Assembly: GCF_039654945.1 (NCBI RefSeq)
Contig: NW_027361982.1
Coordinates: 6,200,001 to 6,264,000 of the forward strand
DNA from: Dendrobates tinctorius
Taxonomy: Eukaryota
Direction: 5' to 3'
Length of the DNA stretch: 64,000 nt
Below the pieces are notes generated by a model. That model was not told the DNA's origin. It did not search any database and saw nothing but the letters and a program-made list of their open reading frames with translations. This document shows, in pieces, positions 59,774 to 64,000 of the stretch; within the stretch, counting starts at the first letter, position 1, and each line of letters begins with the position of its first letter. The translations under genes and the position numbers were made by a program.

Positions 59774-61215
59774 ACGCAATTCAGATATGGTTCATTTTGT
59801 TTTGGTGTTCACTGTATGGGAAAAATGGTGGCTACATGATTCTCCAAGTCAGCATCACTGCTGTGATTGATCAGGCTGTACTGGGAGAAGTAGAGAAGTC
59901 CTTCCCCACCAGTCAAAACTGATGATTTTTTTTATTTTTAAATCCAAGTAGATGTTCACTCAATAGGCGCCAAATATTTTAATTACTCAATGAAGAGGCA
60001 AAAAAAACAAAACAAAAAAAAAAAAACCTTTTTTCTGCTCTGCAGCCACTTAGGCCCTTTCACATGTCCTTATAATACCAGTAACGGCGTATTCAGTGTT
60101 TTGGATCAATGTGCCATCCATGTGCTGTACAGGTTTTACCCGGACCCATAGACTTGTATTAGCCCTTGTCATCCGTGCTGCTGGTAAAAACAGACATGTC
60201 TCCGTGTGAGAATCCAGACATGTGAAGATCACTTTAGAGTTTGAACGGTATGCGTCTCCGGTAAGTGTGAAGATGGATTCCACGCGTACATGTGTAGGGG
60301 TCTTACACTGTGTCCAGTTAAACATGACACATTTAATCAAGGGTCCTCCGTAATGACATTGGCTGGACGTTGGGGGTCGTTGTCCGGCTGCAGGATAAGT
60401 TTGGAGCCGATCAGACGCCTTCTATGGTATTACAAGATGGATAAGAATCTGCCTGGATTTAATTAATCCTGATCAAATCCCAAAGTATATTCGCAGAAAT
60501 GCAGCCACAAACTTACAGACCCTCCATCTTGTGTCACTGCTCCTGCAGACCCTCATTGTGCTGCTCTCCAGCCTCCAGGGAACAATCTGCTTCTGTTACA
60601 GACAAATATTTCACATCTTCCTTCTCACTTCGAGGACCTGCTGACAATTTCTGCCCCCAGTTCCTATATTTCGGTGCATAGTTGAGTCACTTGTCCTCGT
60701 TTCCATGTGGAAGGTCTGGATTTTGGCTGTTATTCCTCTATGAAGACTACTTCTGTCGTGACTTCTCCAGACAGTAGACGGGTGCTGCATGGTTCCTCTG
60801 TAGCTGCTTTACTGCACTGATGGCCCTCATGGACGTGTTCTGATTATGAACAGAAGTAACAGGATGGCCCCGATTCATAGGGACCCATGAGCTGGTCCTG
60901 ATGTGGTGCCTGAACGTGATTAAATGGCAGCAACGGCCACTGGCTCCGGTTGCTGCTTCTTGCAGGGAGATGCCAGCTGTATACCTCAGCCGAATGCATG
61001 GTGCGGGCTCAGGTCCTCAACCTGCTCCCAACAGAGAACGCACAATTACATTTTACGTAGGGAAGAGGAATAAAATTCTGCTACATACACAATCTGCACC
61101 CATATCACACATTTACATTTGGTAACACAGGGGTTAAAGCATCTAAAGGAACTTCTTAGGAACTCTGACAGGTGACATAATAAAACCATCTACAACTAAG
61201 CAAGACAAGGACTAA

Positions 61216-62028
61216 GGCTGTGTGCCCACGTTGCTTTTTTAAAGCGTTTCTGCCGCTGCGGAAACTCTTAAAATAAACGCATCCCATGCAATCCTATGGG
61301 ATTCCGCAGTTGCTGTGCCCATGCTGCGGAATCGCGTAGTGGTAAAATCTGCAGCATGACCATTAATTCTGCGGAATCGCGGCGATTCCGCTGCCATAGA
61401 ATTGCATTGAAACGCTCACTTTACGCATATGACTATGCCCACCATGCGTGAAGTGAGGGTTTCATGTGCGGATGACTCTCCTCCATGCCCTGGGTACCAT
61501 ATTCCTGTAAAAAAATAGAATTAAAACAAAAAAATAGGGATATACTTACCCTTTGTCGGCCCCCTGAGTCCTCCCAGTCCTCAGCGACGCTGCCGGCAAC
61601 TTCCGTTCCCAGGAATACATTACGCGAATGACCTCTGATGACGTTGTGGTCGCGAGATGCTACGTCATTAGAGGTCATTCGCGCAATGTATTCCTGGGAA
61701 CGGAAGTTACCGGCAGCGTCGCTGAGGAACGGGAGGACTCAGGGGGCCGACAGAAGGTAAGTATATCCCTATTTTTTAATTTTTAACATTCTGTCTTTTA
61801 CTATTGATGCGGCATAGGCGGCCTCAATAGTAAAAAGCTGGTCACACTTGTCAAGCACTATGCTTGTGTGTGACCAACCTGTCAATCACTTTTCCAAGTG
61901 ATGCTTCAAATCGCTTAAAAAACCGCTAGCATTCTGCAAGCTAAAAACGCTTGTTTTGCTGGAAAATGGGAATTTTGCATGCGGTTTACCCGCGGCGGGG
62001 AGTTGCAGAAATGCTGCGTGGGCACATA
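61216..62028. mobile_element. Harbinger-type MITE (same family as 37364-38300) with a ~240-bp internal hairpin
   Basis: taa|ggctgtgtgcccacg ... cgtgggcacata; near-perfect inverted repeat at ~61532-61775. Confidence 0.8.
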
Positions 62029-63020
62029 AGATTGACATTTCTCTTCCAGTGAGGGACACAATGTTTCCTCTGGTATTAACCCCGAGGAGGCGCCACATCT
62101 TGTCCATTCCTCCATGACTGACAGTGTGAGGTTATACTTGGTGCTTCTTCACCGAAACACAAACTCTTGCTTCCCTCATCCACCTCAGGTCCAGCACGGA
62201 GCCTCCGCCACTGCTCACAGTGTCTTTTCCTGCAGTGTTGCCGTCATGTCAGCGATATTTGCGGCTCGCACTGTCAACTCGACCAGAACTCAGCGATTGT
62301 CTGCAGTGCTGACAAAGTGAAGTTAGCGCTGCAAGCAATAACAGACACTGGGAGCATTGGTGGAGAGTCAGTCTCTGACCTGGGGAGTGTGAGGAAAGTA
62401 AGGTTGTTTTGTTTGCTTTTTGTTTTTTTTTAAATCATGCTACAATGAGAAATCAGAACCCCACCTGATCAGAACAGACTGTCAGCACAGCCGCCCTTCT
62501 CTGATGGCTGCAGCCCGCTCCAGACTATGTGCACACATCTGCCATAAATGTACCACAAGGGGAAAAGAAATATCCACGCCACTGACACATACAGTCCCCT
62601 GACCACTGCAGCCAATGACTGGCCTCAGCCGTCATAGCGCCCAGTGATTGGCTGCAGTGGTCACATGTGTGGTCGTGCCATCACCCGCCATGTAAACAGA
62701 GCTAAGTGGGGGAACATAGCAGACCCCCGCCTTCCCCATCATTATTTCTTATAACCGAAGATTAAAAACTAATTCCTGAGGACGACGCTGAAGTTGGCTT
62801 CTTATTCGGCAGATCCTTCTCTTTCTGTTTTTACAAGTTTAACAACAAACGTCCAAAATCACAATAACATACAATACAGCGAGGAGCCCTGATGGGAATA
62901 TGCTCAAAAGCTGCTAGGAAAATTATAAAACTGGCACAAAAATGGGCATCAAAGTGGGCACTGAAGGGCGTTACTGAGAGGGTTAAATGACTTTGGGCCA
63001 CTGATGTCACAGCCCCAGTA

Positions 63021-63181
63021 CATACACAGTGATGGCCGCATCATGTTCAGGTCACTCCAGCCCAAATGTGTTCTGGGCATCAGAATGGGCAAGTGTGGAG
63101 TGTAGCTATTCGCCCACTTTGATGCCCAGAACACATTTGGGCTGGAGTGACCTGAATATGATGCGGCCATCACTGTGTATG
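63021..63181. repeat. ~160-bp near-perfect inverted repeat
   Basis: catacacagtgatggccgcatcatgttcaggtcactccagcccaaatgtgttctgggcatca pairs with tgatgcccagaacacatttgggctggagtgacctgaatatgatgcggccatcactgtgtatg. Confidence 0.9.
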
Positions 63182-63322
63182 CTCTGGTGCGCGGGGCACA
63201 TGAGGTTAGGACCTGTGGGACACATAGCAGCACTGACTGGACAGCGCCGGTAACCGTCATGTGTGTGAACAAGACCGAGGTCGGCCTCCTTCCCGTACCC
63301 ACCGGCTCAGCCCCGCACGTAC

Positions 63323-63400
63323 CTGCACGGCCCCCGGCTCCGCTCGCCTCACAAGCCGCAACTGTGTCTTACTCTTCAAATTCAAACCGAGCGTCAGTTA
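63323..63400 (-). other. KIFC1: Probable non-coding exon 1 of KIFC1
   Basis: Donor GCAG|GTACGT at 63323/63322 immediately downstream of the promoter. The next acceptor-flanked exon (53872) carries the ATG. The transcription start is approximate. Confidence 0.65.
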
Positions 63401-63730
63401 GATCTTAAAAGTCCCGCCTTAGTGTGAGCGACCAATGAGAGCTCAGTGGCGACGGCAGCAGACTCGCTTCTATTGGACGCATATTCAAAATAAGATTCAG
63501 GAGAACGATTGCGTCAGCCAATCAGAGTCCAGAGGGTCAGGATTGGCTTCCTGTGATTGGTGGAGGGCTTCCCAGTATTTTCTCACGGGTGCCGCAGGGA
63601 GGAAGTGACGAGGCGGAGACAGGACGAGGCGGGCGGAGGACAGAAGCTTTGTGCGCAGCTCTGAGAAACGGTCCGGCACATCCCGGCGCTGGCTGAGGCT
63701 CCTCCGAGTGGCGGCTCCTGCGACAGTGAG
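63370..63730. promoter_or_regulatory. Bidirectional CpG-island promoter with CHR/CDE and CCAAT boxes
   Basis: TTTGAA (CHR) twice at ~63375-63386 and once at ~63483-63488 on minus; GGCGGGACTTTTAA (CDE/CHR-like) ~63405-63418; CCAAT/ATTGG at ~63432, 63472, 63518, 63542, 63557; ETS GGAAGT ~63601; plus-strand donor ACA|GTGAGT at ~63726. Confidence 0.75.
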
Positions 63731-64000
63731 TGCAGAGCGGCGCACAGTGTGAATAGTGGGCTGGTCGGGTTGCGGTTGACGGTCGCCTGACATGCAGATT
63801 GAGTGGCTGTAAAGTTTGTGATGATCGGCTGCACGATGAGCGCAAACTTCTGCGGGTTTCTGGGCAGATTTGTCCGCGGCGCCCCGGTCCTCTCCGCAGG
63901 GCCTCCGCCGCTGTCGGTTGTGTCCGGGGCTTTTCCCCTCAGATTTCATCCTTTCTGTTCAGCGCTGAAATCCGCAGCACATCCGCCTCGAGGCCTCCTG

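Overview
Vertebrate genomic DNA, most consistent with a frog (anuran) judging by its transposon repertoire; it is not prokaryotic. The right half carries a complete minus-strand kinesin-14 gene (KIFC1/HSET/XCTK2-type). I reconstructed 16 coding exons by hand (1920 nt, 639 aa plus stop, all GT-AG, phases consistent), plus a likely non-coding exon 1 in a bidirectional CpG-island promoter at ~63.3-64.0 kb. A second CpG-island promoter with a candidate first exon of another minus-strand gene lies at the extreme left. Almost everything else is nested mobile DNA: a nearly intact two-gene Harbinger/PIF transposon, an intact DD36E (Incomer-type) Tc1/mariner, three DIRS tyrosine-recombinase retroelements (two in KIFC1 introns, one 2.1-kb mini-element inside a Penelope), Penelope remnants with minimal hammerhead-ribozyme motifs, a TTAA-type non-autonomous transposon carrying a ~388-bp satellite and telomere-like repeats, CR1 and L2 LINE fragments, hAT remnants and many MITEs. 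There is one assembly gap (34940-35116). I found no convincingly new protein-coding system; the most unusual signals are structural or RNA-level features within and between the mobile elements. All coordinates were read by eye and may be off by a few bases.
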